The notes beneath the pieces were generated by a model. It was given only the letters and a program-made list of their open reading frames with translations, searched no databases and was not told the origin of the DNA. A stretch of DNA of 61,963 bases, counting the filler, from an uncultured bacterium (lineage in GTDB: Bacteria; CAYUVA01): NCBI GenBank assembly GCA_964448115.1. It is 8 parts of 8 records of this genome, joined end to end, with 100 filler letters (N's around TTAATTAATTAA, not from the genome) between each part and the next. Parts side by side here need not be neighbours in the genome. Positions count along the whole stretch, not along the records: positions 1 to 10,748 come from CAYUVA010000065.1; 7 more parts are not named here. The stretch is one strand, 5' to 3'. Every line of letters starts with the position of its first letter. The first letter of the stretch is position 1. Position numbers and translations under genes: made by a program. Positions 1 to 10,163 of this stretch are shown piece after piece.

Positions 1-1
1 G

Positions 2-325
2 GCTGAGCTGGGATCCGGGAGACGAAAGATAGCCGTACTCGGTGACATGCTCGAGCTGGGCGCGTTCGCCGATTCGATGCATCGACAAGTTGGACTGCTA
101 GCAAAAGATAAGGGCGTGGATATACTTATCGCCTTCGGGGAGCTTGCACAAAGCTACTGCTCGGAATTGCAACAACCACCCCCACAGTGCATTCATTTCG
201 ACAAGCAGGACTACGACCGCTGCGGCGAGTTTATCAGCTCGATCAAGCGAGCAGGGGATATCTTTTTGCTCAAAGGCTCACGCGCAGTGATGATGGAGAG
301 ATTCATTAGAAGGCTTGAGGCTTGA
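2..325 (+). CDS. murF: UDP-N-acetylmuramoyl-tripeptide--D-Ala-D-Ala ligase, C-terminal part (runs off window start)
   Basis: Frame is open from position 2: RKIAVLGDMLELG...LLKGSRAVMMER, the MurF C-terminal motifs. Confidence 0.9.
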   Translation, partial: AELGSGRRKIAVLGDMLELGAFADSMHRQVGLLAKDKGVDILIAFGELAQSYCSELQQPPPQCIHFDKQDYDRCGEFISSIKRAGDIFLLKGSRAVMMERFIRRLEA

Positions 326-495
326 GACCAATGCCCTTCACCGCCACACTCCTTACCATGCCCGCCCCGCACCAAATGTGGGGTAATCCCCTTCGGGCAT
401 CAAGTATTTCTTACACAAGGTGAACAGCATTAGGCTTTAGATTAATGCTATTCGCCTAGGCAATAGATAGCCCTGGCTTATTGCGGACCCAAGAT

Positions 496-2973
496 TCACT
501 CCAGGGAACTCAAATATGGCCAGTGTAGGCTGTAATTGCCGGAAGCATCTTGGGCTACTATTTCTAGCAGGAACCTGGAAGGGGGCAATCCAGAGCCAAC
601 CGGAGCGGCAAATCCAAAGACGCCATCATCAGCAGCAAAGTCGCCGTGTGCTCCATCATCCAATAGTAATACGCCAGTTGCAAGCCCCTGGTAATATATC
701 TCGACCCTGGCAACATCGGCAAGCCCCTCACCATCGGTTACCAGGGCAATGAGGTTAAGATTACCTGCGCTGTTGGTTTGAAGCCTGGTCTGCATGTAAC
801 CAGCGATCATAATCAGCGGTGCGATGGTCGGGGTTGCAGTCGGCGTGATAGTTGGGGTTTTGCTCGGGGTGTAAGTCGCTGGTTGCGGTGTTGGAGTAGG
901 CGTTCTGGTATCTGTCGGCTGCGTGGTCGGTGTCCTGGTCGGGGTCGGCGTGTTGGTGGGGGTGGGATCGCCTGGTTGGGTAGCGGTGGGAGTGCTGGTA
1001 GATGTGGAGGTTGCGGTCGGTGTATTGAAGACGCTAGTGCTGCCATCGACCTCGCCTAGCAACTCTGTATTGCCTGCTACATCGGTGCAGATCAAATCGA
1101 ACTCATATAATCCGGTCCCCTGGGCTTCAGAAATATCGAACCATATCACTGAGCCGGTGTAGGTTCCATCATAGTTTATCCAAGATCCAGAGCCATCGTG
1201 TTGATAGTATAGCTCGCAATAACTCACCCCGCTGAGGTCATCACTGTAGTCTATGTGTATGTCGAACAGGGTCTCGTAGGTCTGATCGGGTAGGGATGTA
1301 ATTGAGCTTGAGGGCGCTACAGCATCCTGCGTTGAGCTGACCCAATCAGACCATGCGCTCTCCTGTAGGCGGCTGTCCCGTGCCTTTACTCGATAATTGT
1401 ATGTAATGCTATGCTGCAGGTCGCTGAAGGTCTGCTCTGTAACGCTCACCCAGTTGCCATCAGCGATGGTGAGCAAAAGAAACTGTCCGCCAGCAATGCA
1501 CTCAGCCAGCCACTGAACCGCGCCCTGTGGTCCGTCATCGTTCCAATATACCGTATTGCAAGTGCCGGGGCTATAAGGCGGCTCGGTGTGCACCACAGGT
1601 GGAAGCGGCGGTGTGCCGGTGCAGGTCGGGGTTTGGGTCGGGGTCGGCGAGATGGTTGGTGTATTGGAGGGGGTGGTAGTCGGGAAGCTGGTCGGCGTTG
1701 GAGTGTAATGGATCATGCGCAGTGTATAATCGGATTCATGCCCCCATGAGCCGTCCTGTGAGCGAACCAGTATCCAATAGGTGAAAACCCCCGGCGGGTC
1801 AAAGACATACTCGATGCGCGAGGACTTGTCGGTCGGCGAAACATCAAGGCTCTGGGCGAGTATCTGCGGTATGTTATCATACAGATACATCGCAGTATCG
1901 CACTGGGCACCCAGGTTGGAGGTGGCTATGATATAGGTAACATCCGGCTGCGCGGAGAAGTATGACCAGTCGTTGTCCTCGGCAGAGCAGAAGTAGTGCA
2001 GTGTCAAAGCGCCGTAACTGGTAAGCTCGTGACCGGTACCATATTGGGTGTTATCGTTATATGGAAAAGCCTCGTATATATCATCCATTGAACAGGGTGT
2101 GTTGGTGGGAGTGTTGCTGGGAGTGAAGGTCGGATAATCGGTCGGGGTGCTGGTAGAGGTCGGGGTCATGGTCGATGTGGGCGTCCGGGTTGGAGTCGCA
2201 GAGTGATCCGGCGAGGGAGTTGGCGTTGCCGAGTAAACCCACTTGGTTAACTGTATATTGTCGATGTAAGCACCGTCGTAGGTATATAAATAATCACTGT
2301 AAAACAAGAATCCAATCCAAACGAACTCGCTGCCCAAGTAATTATATATCGGCGTTGGAGTGTATGCAGCGGTCGTATTTGCCATATCAATAACCCGTTC
2401 TATATATCCGCCAGAGTCCCCCCACCAGCCCTGTCCATGAAAGGTTTTTTCCGATCCCATATCATTTGTGGCACCGACAAAAAGGTAGTCATAATTTAAC
2501 TCCGAGTCCAAGTCTAACTGAAAGGAGAATGTCGCCGCATAAGCATCGGAGAGATCATAAGGTCCGGCATACATCCAGTCGTACATGTCGTTTGCGTAAT
2601 CAGCCCAGCCGGTTGGGTCGATGCCATCGGTACAGCTTCTTGCGCACCAGACCGCATTGCCACTGCCACCATAAGGATTCCAGTTGGTGATGCCCCAGCA
2701 GTGATAACCGCTGTTGGGATCATCATCATAAATGGTCCAGGTCTGGGTGAATGCGCCGGAGTCGAGGTTCTCGGTGAACATGATCACCGTATCCTTGGAA
2801 CCTTCGGCAGTTATTGCAGGTAAAACCTTGTATTGGATGGTATCGCCTATGTTGTGAAATGTCCCTTCAGCCTTGAGCTTTTGGCTATTGTCCTGTTGGG
2901 CGTCAAGTGCCATGGGCACTATAGCCAGGCAGATACCTATGGCTAAAAAAGCAGCAAACTTGCCTAGATCCAT
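496..2973 (-). CDS. Secreted multidomain protein: signal peptide, beta-sandwich domains, Fn3-like domain, Pro/Thr linkers, C-terminal WPYL domain
   Basis: 825-aa ORF with hydrophobic N-terminus, three PT-rich linkers, YNYRVKARD...ESAWS Fn3-like motif, ending HWPYLSSLE. Confidence 0.8.
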   Translation of the reverse strand: MDLGKFAAFLAIGICLAIVPMALDAQQDNSQKLKAEGTFHNIGDTIQYKVLPAITAEGSKDTVIMFTENLDSGAFTQTWTIYDDDPNSGYHCWGITNWNPYGGSGNAVWCARSCTDGIDPTGWADYANDMYDWMYAGPYDLSDAYAATFSFQLDLDSELNYDYLFVGATNDMGSEKTFHGQGWWGDSGGYIERVIDMANTTAAYTPTPIYNYLGSEFVWIGFLFYSDYLYTYDGAYIDNIQLTKWVYSATPTPSPDHSATPTRTPTSTMTPTSTSTPTDYPTFTPSNTPTNTPCSMDDIYEAFPYNDNTQYGTGHELTSYGALTLHYFCSAEDNDWSYFSAQPDVTYIIATSNLGAQCDTAMYLYDNIPQILAQSLDVSPTDKSSRIEYVFDPPGVFTYWILVRSQDGSWGHESDYTLRMIHYTPTPTSFPTTTPSNTPTISPTPTQTPTCTGTPPLPPVVHTEPPYSPGTCNTVYWNDDGPQGAVQWLAECIAGGQFLLLTIADGNWVSVTEQTFSDLQHSITYNYRVKARDSRLQESAWSDWVSSTQDAVAPSSSITSLPDQTYETLFDIHIDYSDDLSGVSYCELYYQHDGSGSWINYDGTYTGSVIWFDISEAQGTGLYEFDLICTDVAGNTELLGEVDGSTSVFNTPTATSTSTSTPTATQPGDPTPTNTPTPTRTPTTQPTDTRTPTPTPQPATYTPSKTPTITPTATPTIAPLIMIAGYMQTRLQTNSAGNLNLIALVTDGEGLADVARVEIYYQGLATGVLLLDDGAHGDFAADDGVFGFAAPVGSGLPPSRFLLEIVAQDASGNYSLHWPYLSSLE

Positions 2974-3069
2974 AACCCACTCCCGATTAAATTCTTAGCT
3001 TATTATAATGTATGCCATAAATAAAGACGAAACTCAAGGGTTCATAAAATAATACAAACAATCCACTTG

Positions 3070-3098
3070 TTGACTTATCAAAGGCTGTTCATTATATT
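3070..3098 (+). promoter_or_regulatory. Sigma70-type promoter
   Basis: TTGACT-17 bp-TATATT upstream of the 3142 ORF and tRNA-Ala. Confidence 0.55.
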
Positions 3099-3141
3099 CA
3101 CTTCTGGTTTTTATGCAGTTTGAGGGTAACAGAATACTCTA

Positions 3142-3411
3142 ATGATCAGGATGATCAAAAAAAACCTTGGTATCATTAGTAAACGGCTTCGCTTGGGGCG
3201 CCTGGAGTCAAGGCAACGCAAGCTGTATCAAGCGCTAGGCAAAAAGACATACAAACTATGGCAACGCCGTCAGATTCAGCACCCAGAGCTTGCTCAATTC
3301 ATCAACGAGCTGAGTAGTCTAATTGAGCAGCATCAACAGCTTGACAAAGAGCTGAAGGATATTATACTAGAAGGGCACCTCGTAGAGGATTCGGGCAAGA
3401 GGACGCATTAA
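3142..3411 (+). CDS. Small basic coiled-coil hypothetical protein
   Basis: 89-aa ORF fills the space between a promoter and tRNA-Ala; helical composition. Confidence 0.6.
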   Translation: MIRMIKKNLGIISKRLRLGRLESRQRKLYQALGKKTYKLWQRRQIQHPELAQFINELSSLIEQHQQLDKELKDIILEGHLVEDSGKRTH

Positions 3412-3448
3412 GTGCCCGAACCCAGGGGGCTGATAGTATCTTTTGTTC

Positions 3449-3521
3449 GGGGCTATGGCGCAGTTGGGAGCGCGTTTGACTGGCAGTCAAAAGGTCGTGG
3501 GTTCGAATCCCACTAGCTCCA
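3449..3521 (+). tRNA. tRNA-Ala(GGC)
   Basis: Acceptor GGGGCTA/TAGCTCC with G3:U70, anticodon arm TTTGA-CTGGCAG-TCAAA, T-loop GTTCGAATC; CCA not encoded. Confidence 0.97.
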
Positions 3522-3720
3522 TCAGGGGATCCTGGATGCTGGATGAATGGATATAACTTTTTATTCCCCAACTTTGCACCTCGGATCATCCAGTATCTGA
3601 AATGCTCGAAGACTCTTGCCCTTAAAGGATTTGAAAAGCATTCCAGGAAGCAAGTCGGCTATTGATTTATTAGTGCCGGAGAATCGAATTTCCCATATCG
3701 CTTCAAGCAAGGTCTCTGTA

Positions 3721-3811
3721 CGGAGAGGGTGGGATTCGAACCCACGTGACGGCTGCTAACCGCCAAGACGATTTCGAGTCGCCCCCGTTACGACCACTTC
3801 GGTACCTCTCC
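3721..3811 (-). tRNA. tRNA-Ser(CGA)
   Basis: Minus strand GGAGAGG...GGCGA-CTCGAAA-TCGTC, long variable arm, GGTTCGAATCC...CCTCTCCG; CCA not encoded. Confidence 0.96.
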
Positions 3812-3928
3812 TTCACTTGTATAATATAATACTTTGGATACTCAATTTCAAAGCGAGGATCATGGGTAGTAGTAATTGCTCCTTCACTTGTGAGTGAGCC
3901 TGGCACAAGCAAGCTGAGTAACCCGTGA

Positions 3929-4447
3929 TTACTCCCCCATCGCTTTGGTGAATTGTTCCAAGGCTTTCTTGCCGTAAAGAACGAAGCAGACCTCCTCAAG
4001 CGTAGTACCCTGCTCTATGTGCTCACTCACTGCCTTTAGCATCGCACTGGCGCACTCAGCGATGGATAGCCCTCCGACACCAGCTCCTATAGCAGGAAAA
4101 GCGACACTTTTAAGGCTTTTTTCCCTGGCTCGCTTCAAGGAATTCAAGGTAGCCAGATAGACCTTTTTTGCATCGGTGCGCAAGTCCTGCCCCATGCCGG
4201 CGGCATGTATCACATAGCGAGCCTTGAGATTGCCAGCGCCGGTGATAACCGCCTCACCGACTGGGATCGGAGCCTTTGACATGGCTTCTTTCTCTATCTC
4301 CTGCCCACCCTTCAGCTTTATGGCGCCAGCGACTCCGGATCCCATCCAGAGCTGATTGTTGGCAGCATTTACCACAGCATCGCCATCGTACTCGGTGATA
4401 TCGCCCTCTCTGGTCAGTACCTTGGTGTTCTTAATGCTTATCTCCAT
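3929..4447 (-). CDS. Macro domain (Appr-1-p / O-acetyl-ADP-ribose deacetylase family) protein
   Basis: GDIT, AVVNAANN, GSGVAGAI, VIHAAG, AFPAIGAGVGG motifs; GGAGG RBS. Confidence 0.93.
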   Translation of the reverse strand: MEISIKNTKVLTREGDITEYDGDAVVNAANNQLWMGSGVAGAIKLKGGQEIEKEAMSKAPIPVGEAVITGAGNLKARYVIHAAGMGQDLRTDAKKVYLATLNSLKRAREKSLKSVAFPAIGAGVGGLSIAECASAMLKAVSEHIEQGTTLEEVCFVLYGKKALEQFTKAMGE

Positions 4448-4711
4448 GGTTTTACCTCCCTTTTTAGCTTTTCAGACGATTCTAATTATATATCCATCGC
4501 ATCGGAGATCAAAAAGAGATGATCTTTAGCAAATATTCTCCTGTCTTTGCATTTCATTTTGTTCATGGATGTAAATACGATTCGGATTCGCACTTGACAT
4601 TTGCAGAATGTTGGATAATAATATGATCGTAGCCTGGCGAGCATATAAAGCCTCTGAGTATATAAATAAAGGGTTTCGATAGCCCGAAGACCGATAAAGG
4701 AGTGGCGTCAG

Positions 4712-5218
4712 ATCTTCAGGAAAGGTGAAATACTGTTTTACCCCGCCGTCGGACTGGTGGAGATAACAGATAAGGAAAAACAGAAGGTCAGCGGACAGAG
4801 CGTGGAGCTGTATCAAATCTCTGGCATCGAGAAGCGCATCTCATTGAAGATACCGGTCAAGAAGGCAGAAAAGGTTGGTCTAAGGCATATCTCCAGCGAG
4901 GACAAGATTGATGAAATAATCAAGCTGCTCGGCTCCCCACCTACCATGAATGAGATTCCCTGGTACGAACGCTATCGAATCAACGAGGAGAAGATGAAAA
5001 AGGGAGATACGCGCTCCTATGCCGAGGTCATTCGAGACCTTTGGTCCCTTAAGGACTCAGATGGATTGAGCAGCCGAGAGAAACAACAAAAAAAGACCGC
5101 CCTGAAATACCTGGTCGATGAGGTGGCTTTTGTCAAGCGCCTTAGAAAAGCTGACGCTCAGAAGCTCATCGAGGAGATAATGGAGAAACGGGAGGAGGAG
5201 CTGGAGGAAACCGGTTAA
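4712..5218 (+). CDS. carD: CarD/CdnL family transcriptional regulator (start placed at ATC 4712; ORF track start 4757)
   Basis: FRKGEILFYPAVGLVEI N-terminus, IPVKKAEKVGLRHI, W-x-x-RYR, AEVIRDL, LSSREK, LVDEVAFV. Confidence 0.85.
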   Translation: MFRKGEILFYPAVGLVEITDKEKQKVSGQSVELYQISGIEKRISLKIPVKKAEKVGLRHISSEDKIDEIIKLLGSPPTMNEIPWYERYRINEEKMKKGDTRSYAEVIRDLWSLKDSDGLSSREKQQKKTALKYLVDEVAFVKRLRKADAQKLIEEIMEKREEELEETG

Positions 5219-5244
5219 TTTCCTTTGGCGCTTCAGCCCCTATT

Positions 5245-6177
5245 TTATTGCTTTAACACCTCCAACAGTTGTCTGATAAATGTCCGTGTCTCGTATTCCG
5301 CTGGCGCTGCCGCGGAGAAACGCACCTGGTCGCAGGTAGATAATGCCTCTTGAAGCATATCGGCGATCTTTGGCGGTATCCCTTTATCATCTATGGAAGC
5401 CCTTGCATCACCAGAGGATAGATTGCGGCTTATGCCATAATCTTTTTCCAGCAGCTCGCGTAACAATCGATAGATCTGCTGATAAAGCTCAGCGGCGTTG
5501 GTTAGATGCCTATCTTTTAGCTTGCTCTCAATAAGTGAAACAAGCTCATCCTTGGGGTGATATTCGGCGTCTGCCTGTTTTGCTTTGCGCTTGTTGTAAC
5601 CGCGTTTGATAAATATAGCCGCCACAATGATCACAACCAGGCACAGGACGGCGATGAAATAGAGCTGGTTATCCCTTATCGTCTCCATGGAGAACAATGG
5701 AGGTCTGGTCTTCTCGGTTACGCTTACTTCCAGGTCATTAGTTCGCAAAGTGTGCGTTTCGCCCCGATCATCGATATACTCGACGGTTACCCCTCCGATG
5801 GTGTGTTTGCCTCGCGAGGTCGGCTTCAGCGTAAAGGTATAGCGCTTTCGAGTCATGGTTAGGTTGGCATCAAGCTCCGAGACCTGCACCATGTTGGCAG
5901 AGCTGCTTCCGATGATCTCGAAGCCTTCTAATAGGAAATCATGGTCGATACTGGGGGTTATTAGTTCAGGCGAGCCTTGCCAACTTAACTCGACGAATAG
6001 TTTAAGCTCTCGATCTAGTGGGACTGTGGTACTGCTTAGGCGAGATTCAAGGGTAACTTCGATAGCATGAACAGTTGGGGTGGCTACAAGAAGCGGAGCG
6101 AGCATCATTACAACCACTAGCAGGGTGTTTGTATGCGATGATGCTCTCATAGTCCTCGGCGCCCTATTTAAGCTCAA
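5245..6177 (-). CDS. BatD-like membrane-anchored protein
   Basis: Signal peptide, Ig-like region (YTFTLKP...G..TIGGVTVEY), one TM helix, C-terminal CDQVRFS helical domain. Confidence 0.7.
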   Translation of the reverse strand: MSLNRAPRTMRASSHTNTLLVVVMMLAPLLVATPTVHAIEVTLESRLSSTTVPLDRELKLFVELSWQGSPELITPSIDHDFLLEGFEIIGSSSANMVQVSELDANLTMTRKRYTFTLKPTSRGKHTIGGVTVEYIDDRGETHTLRTNDLEVSVTEKTRPPLFSMETIRDNQLYFIAVLCLVVIIVAAIFIKRGYNKRKAKQADAEYHPKDELVSLIESKLKDRHLTNAAELYQQIYRLLRELLEKDYGISRNLSSGDARASIDDKGIPPKIADMLQEALSTCDQVRFSAAAPAEYETRTFIRQLLEVLKQ

Positions 6178-6209
6178 AGCAAGAAAATGATCATCTTTTA
6201 GCTCTATAA

Positions 6210-7607
6210 CTACTTAAGATACTTCAAGAACGGTAATTCCGGGAGCTTTACCTCCTCATCCGGTGGATACATGGGCAGTTCTTCCTCGACAAACTCATCG
6301 CTGGTATCAAGGATATTCTCGGTGAAATAGGTTACCCTATACTTCTCTTTCCAATCCTCGAAGACCCTGTTGTAGTAGTTTTCCTTGAGTCGATAAAGCA
6401 GGCTCTCTTTCACCTGGCTATGTATCTCGTGTAGCGGTCTTAGTCTCGGTTCTTCTTTCTGGGTAACCGTGAAGATGAAATAACCGGCATTTGTCTCGAT
6501 AGGGTCTGTAAATTCACCGACAGACAATGAGAGTATGGCTTGTTCGATCTCCTCATCCCTTCCGATATCCTTGATATAAGCGCCTGGATATACAAATCCG
6601 ATATCTCCCCCTAGCTGGGCGGTTTTTTCATCCTTGGAGTATTTTTTTGCCAGTTCGCCGAAACTCGCTCCCTCCCGTAGCTTCTTCATCACCTTCTCAG
6701 CGGTTCTTTTATCATCGACAAGAATACGAGCAGCCCTTACCTTTGGCTTGGTCATGTAGGCTTCCTTGTTCTTCTCGTACTCGTTCCTGATGTCCTCTTC
6801 GGTTACCAACAGGCGGTTATTTATGTCATCCTTTACGATCTCGAAGGGCTTGAGCTTGGAGTCGAAGACCTTGCTGGCATAGATTATATGGTAGCCGTAC
6901 CGGGTCTTTATCGGTTGTGATATCTCGCCTTCTTTAAGCTCGAAGATCGTGCTTTTGAATTCGGGATCATCGATATAAAGCCCTGTGTTTCGGTCAACCC
7001 GGTAGTTTCCAAGATACCCTCCGCCCTCTATCGAGCTTGCATCCACGCTCTCCTTGCGCGCAATCTGTTTGAAGTTGGAGCCATCTTTTTTTAGCATCTT
7101 GCGCACTCGCTGGGCGTCGGCAAGGTTATTACACAGGATATGGTAGATATTGACCGATTTAACGGTTCGGAACTGCCCCTTGTGTTTCTCATAGTACGCA
7201 CGTAGCTCATCATCCGGGAGCATAGGGAGATCCGACAATTCTCGGTAGAAGTACTCGGTCTGTATTATTCCTTTGGCAGTCTCTTGGTACTTTGATTTCA
7301 CCTCAGGCAGCTCATCGTACCCCGCCTCAAGGGCAGCCTGGTAGAGCAGCTCCCCGCGGATCATATTTGTCAAAAGCTCCTTCTTGCCCTCCACGGTTAG
7401 AAAGCGGCTGCGAACATAGAAGGGGATCGCCTCTATCCTATCGTTGAGATCCTGCAAGGTTATCTTGGTATCTCCAATCTTTGCGAGCACCACCTGGGAG
7501 GGATCGGCTTCCTCCTTTGCCCCAATGGCAATATCGCAAAGAAAAAGCAGGCATAGACTCAATGCTGCCGCCATCGTTATTTGCATCCTTGCCTTCATCG
7601 GGATCAT
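6210..7607 (-). CDS. Periplasmic parvulin-type peptidyl-prolyl isomerase, two PpiC domains
   Basis: Signal peptide; HIL..., S.D..S...GGYLG, GEISQPIKTRYGYHII and a second GGDIGF copy. Confidence 0.9.
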   Translation of the reverse strand: MIPMKARMQITMAAALSLCLLFLCDIAIGAKEEADPSQVVLAKIGDTKITLQDLNDRIEAIPFYVRSRFLTVEGKKELLTNMIRGELLYQAALEAGYDELPEVKSKYQETAKGIIQTEYFYRELSDLPMLPDDELRAYYEKHKGQFRTVKSVNIYHILCNNLADAQRVRKMLKKDGSNFKQIARKESVDASSIEGGGYLGNYRVDRNTGLYIDDPEFKSTIFELKEGEISQPIKTRYGYHIIYASKVFDSKLKPFEIVKDDINNRLLVTEEDIRNEYEKNKEAYMTKPKVRAARILVDDKRTAEKVMKKLREGASFGELAKKYSKDEKTAQLGGDIGFVYPGAYIKDIGRDEEIEQAILSLSVGEFTDPIETNAGYFIFTVTQKEEPRLRPLHEIHSQVKESLLYRLKENYYNRVFEDWKEKYRVTYFTENILDTSDEFVEEELPMYPPDEEVKLPELPFLKYLK

Positions 7608-7657
7608 CCTTTCCGCTTCATTGTTGTTTAGGTATTTCCGTGATTATCCAAGCCGGC

Positions 7658-9046
7658 TTATTCAGTTCCGGGGAATGGGAATGCTGGCAGGTCCGATGGA
7701 CCGCTATCCGGTATCTGGGGAAGCACTTCCAATGTATCGCTCGTATCGGTTAGAAGGTCATAGTTAGCCTCCACGCCGTATCTTTCCTTTAGCTTGTCGA
7801 ATGCCCTCTCCAGCGCCTGTTCTCTCTTCTCGCGCAGCAGTTTATTGCGGATCAGCGTCTTGACCTCGTTCAGTGATTTCTGTCTTGCCGGCTCGTAGGA
7901 GACGCACATTATTACATGGTATCCCTTGCTGGTCTGTAGCGGAGTGGTTGTATATTGACCCGGGGTCAACGCGAAGGCTGCCTCCTTGAATTCAGGGCTA
8001 TCACCGATGCCCCTAATAGCACCCTCGTGATAGATGAATCCCAGATCCCCGCCGCGGCTCCTGGTAACCGTATCCTCGGAGTATTCCTCTGCCAGCTTGT
8101 CGAAATCAGCGCCATCGTTCAGCTTCTTAATTACCTCATCGGCGGTCTTCTTGTCCGAGACCAGGATATGCTTTACCTTCATTCTCTCCTTGGTCATGTA
8201 CTCGGAGCGATTGTTATTCCATTCAGCTTCGATCTCCTCGTCAGTAACCAGTAGAATGTCATTGATAGTGTTTTTAACCTCGTCGAGCGGTTTCGGCTGA
8301 GCAGGATTTACCTCCTCTGCGAGGATAATATGCCAGCCCTTGTCGGTCTTTACCGGGTCTGATATCTGGCCATCATTAAGGCTGAAGGCGGCTTGCACGA
8401 ACTCAGGAGCGCGACCGATGCCTCTTACCGGGGCATCCTTGGTTATATAACCGAGAAATCCACCCACCTTGGCAGAGGGTATATCCCTGGAGTATGCCTT
8501 TGCAGCATCGATGAAGCTGATTTTTCCTTTCTCTATCTTCTTTTTTAGCTTCTTGCATTCCTTCTCGCTGTCGCAAAGTATATGGCGCACCTTGGCGGTC
8601 GGCTCGCTCATAAACTCGTCCTTATGCTCCTCATAATATGCCTTTATCCTGTCCATATCGACCAGGACAGCATCCTTTATCTCTCTTTTAAAATATTCGC
8701 TTTGAAAGATGCGTTTTCTGGTATCCTCGAGCTTCTGTTTTATCTCGGGATCCTCATCAAAGTTAGCCTCCTTGGCTGCCAGGTACAAAAGCTCGCCCTT
8801 TATCATATTTTCGAGGATCTTCTTTTTTCCCTCCACGGTCAGAAAGTTTTTACGAGCATAAGAGGGTATGCTGTTCACCTTCTCCTCCAGGTCGCCGACG
8901 GTAATGACAATATCATCGCCAATCTTGGCTACCGGCTGATCCATCTGTGTCTTGTCAGGTTCATCGGCATAGCCATCTGGGGAATTAGCGACCAGCATTA
9001 CACCAACGGCAATTGTTAGCAGAAAAAGAACCGTACTTCTTCTCAT
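7658..9046 (-). CDS. Periplasmic parvulin-type peptidyl-prolyl isomerase, two PpiC domains (paralog of neighbour)
   Basis: Two rotamase motifs (VRHIL...GGFLG...GWHII; VKHIL...GGDLG...GYHVI); ATG at 9046 follows an AAGGAG RBS. Confidence 0.9.
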   Translation of the reverse strand: MRRSTVLFLLTIAVGVMLVANSPDGYADEPDKTQMDQPVAKIGDDIVITVGDLEEKVNSIPSYARKNFLTVEGKKKILENMIKGELLYLAAKEANFDEDPEIKQKLEDTRKRIFQSEYFKREIKDAVLVDMDRIKAYYEEHKDEFMSEPTAKVRHILCDSEKECKKLKKKIEKGKISFIDAAKAYSRDIPSAKVGGFLGYITKDAPVRGIGRAPEFVQAAFSLNDGQISDPVKTDKGWHIILAEEVNPAQPKPLDEVKNTINDILLVTDEEIEAEWNNNRSEYMTKERMKVKHILVSDKKTADEVIKKLNDGADFDKLAEEYSEDTVTRSRGGDLGFIYHEGAIRGIGDSPEFKEAAFALTPGQYTTTPLQTSKGYHVIMCVSYEPARQKSLNEVKTLIRNKLLREKREQALERAFDKLKERYGVEANYDLLTDTSDTLEVLPQIPDSGPSDLPAFPFPGTE

Positions 9047-9283
9047 GAGAATTACTCCTTTCAGCGATTCTATTTTCATTTCATGTAAACAATATGAAGA
9101 CCATGTTATAGAATTGAGCCTAATCATAGTTAGGTATCTTCATCCTTTATCCGGGCAATTATTTGTCCTTTATTTTCTCTTGGCAAGTCTTAACATCCTA
9201 ATAATCTTAAGCGTAGGTTTACTACACGGCGAGCAAAAAAAAGTTCCCTTTAGCCCAAGCAAGATATGTAAACCAACATGCCT

Positions 9284-10162
9284 TTAGCCAACAATTATCT
9301 CAAGCGCCTTTAGATACCTGTCCCTGGTCATCTGTACTATATCGGGTGGCAGCTCGGGGGCAGGGGGTCTCTTATCCCAATCCAAGGTTTGCAGGTAATC
9401 GCGCACGAATTGCTTGTCGAAGCTGGGGGGAGATGTGCCCGGCTGGTAGGTCTCAACCGGCCAGAAGCGGGAGCTATCAGGAGTCATCACCTCATCTATA
9501 AGCAACAGCTCGCCATCCTTTAAGCCGAACTCGAACTTGGTATCAGCCAGTATTATCCCCTTCTCTCGCATGGACTGATGTCCCAGTTCATATAGGGCAA
9601 GGGAGATCGCTTTTACCCTCTCAAACAGTTCTTTCCCAACCAGGTTCGCAGCCTCTTCCTGTGTAATATTTATATCATGTCCCTCGCTTGCCTTGGTGGC
9701 GGGGGTGAATATCGGCTCTTCAAGTCTATCAGCCTGTTTTAGTCCGATTGGCAATCTTATTCCGCAAACCGAGCCGGTGTCCAGGTAATCCTTCCATCCG
9801 CTCCCTGCCAGGTATCCTCGTACCACGCACTCGATGGGCAGGGGATCTACCTGCTCGACAAGCATAAATCTTCCCTCTAGCTTGTCCGAGAAGGAGGCTA
9901 GATCAGCAGGGAGATCCTTTACATCAGAGGATATGAAGTGATTATCTATGATATGCCTAGTAGTCCGAAACCAGTGCTCCGAGATGCGAGTCAGCACCCT
10001 GCCCTTGTCCGGGATGCCGTTGGGCATGACTACATCAAAAGCGCTTATTCTGTCGGTTGCGATGAAGATCAGCTTATCGTACATGGCATAGATGTCTCTC
10101 ACCTTGCCCCTTTTCAGGTGTTTGATGCCCGTGAAATCTGTATCGAGGAGAACTTCGGTCAA
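9284..10162 (-). CDS. purC: SAICAR synthase
   Basis: GKVRDIY, TDRISAFD, ECVVRGYLAGSGW, LADTKFEFG, TPDSSRFW, DKQFVRD. Confidence 0.98.
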   Translation of the reverse strand: MTEVLLDTDFTGIKHLKRGKVRDIYAMYDKLIFIATDRISAFDVVMPNGIPDKGRVLTRISEHWFRTTRHIIDNHFISSDVKDLPADLASFSDKLEGRFMLVEQVDPLPIECVVRGYLAGSGWKDYLDTGSVCGIRLPIGLKQADRLEEPIFTPATKASEGHDINITQEEAANLVGKELFERVKAISLALYELGHQSMREKGIILADTKFEFGLKDGELLLIDEVMTPDSSRFWPVETYQPGTSPPSFDKQFVRDYLQTLDWDKRPPAPELPPDIVQMTRDRYLKALEIIVG

Positions 10163-10163
10163 T

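Noticed and set aside
820-1025. GGT/CGG-rich periodic DNA (also 1600-1700, 2090-2230, 24900-25060, 41880-42035) as possible arrays
   Set aside because: These are the antisense strands of Pro/Thr linker codons in secreted proteins.
3449-3811. tRNAs as an integration site for a mobile element
   Set aside because: No integrase and no duplicated tRNA 3' end found in the window.
3362-3999. ORFs 3362-3589 and 3703-3999
   Set aside because: They overlap tRNA-Ala and tRNA-Ser and translate tRNA sequence.
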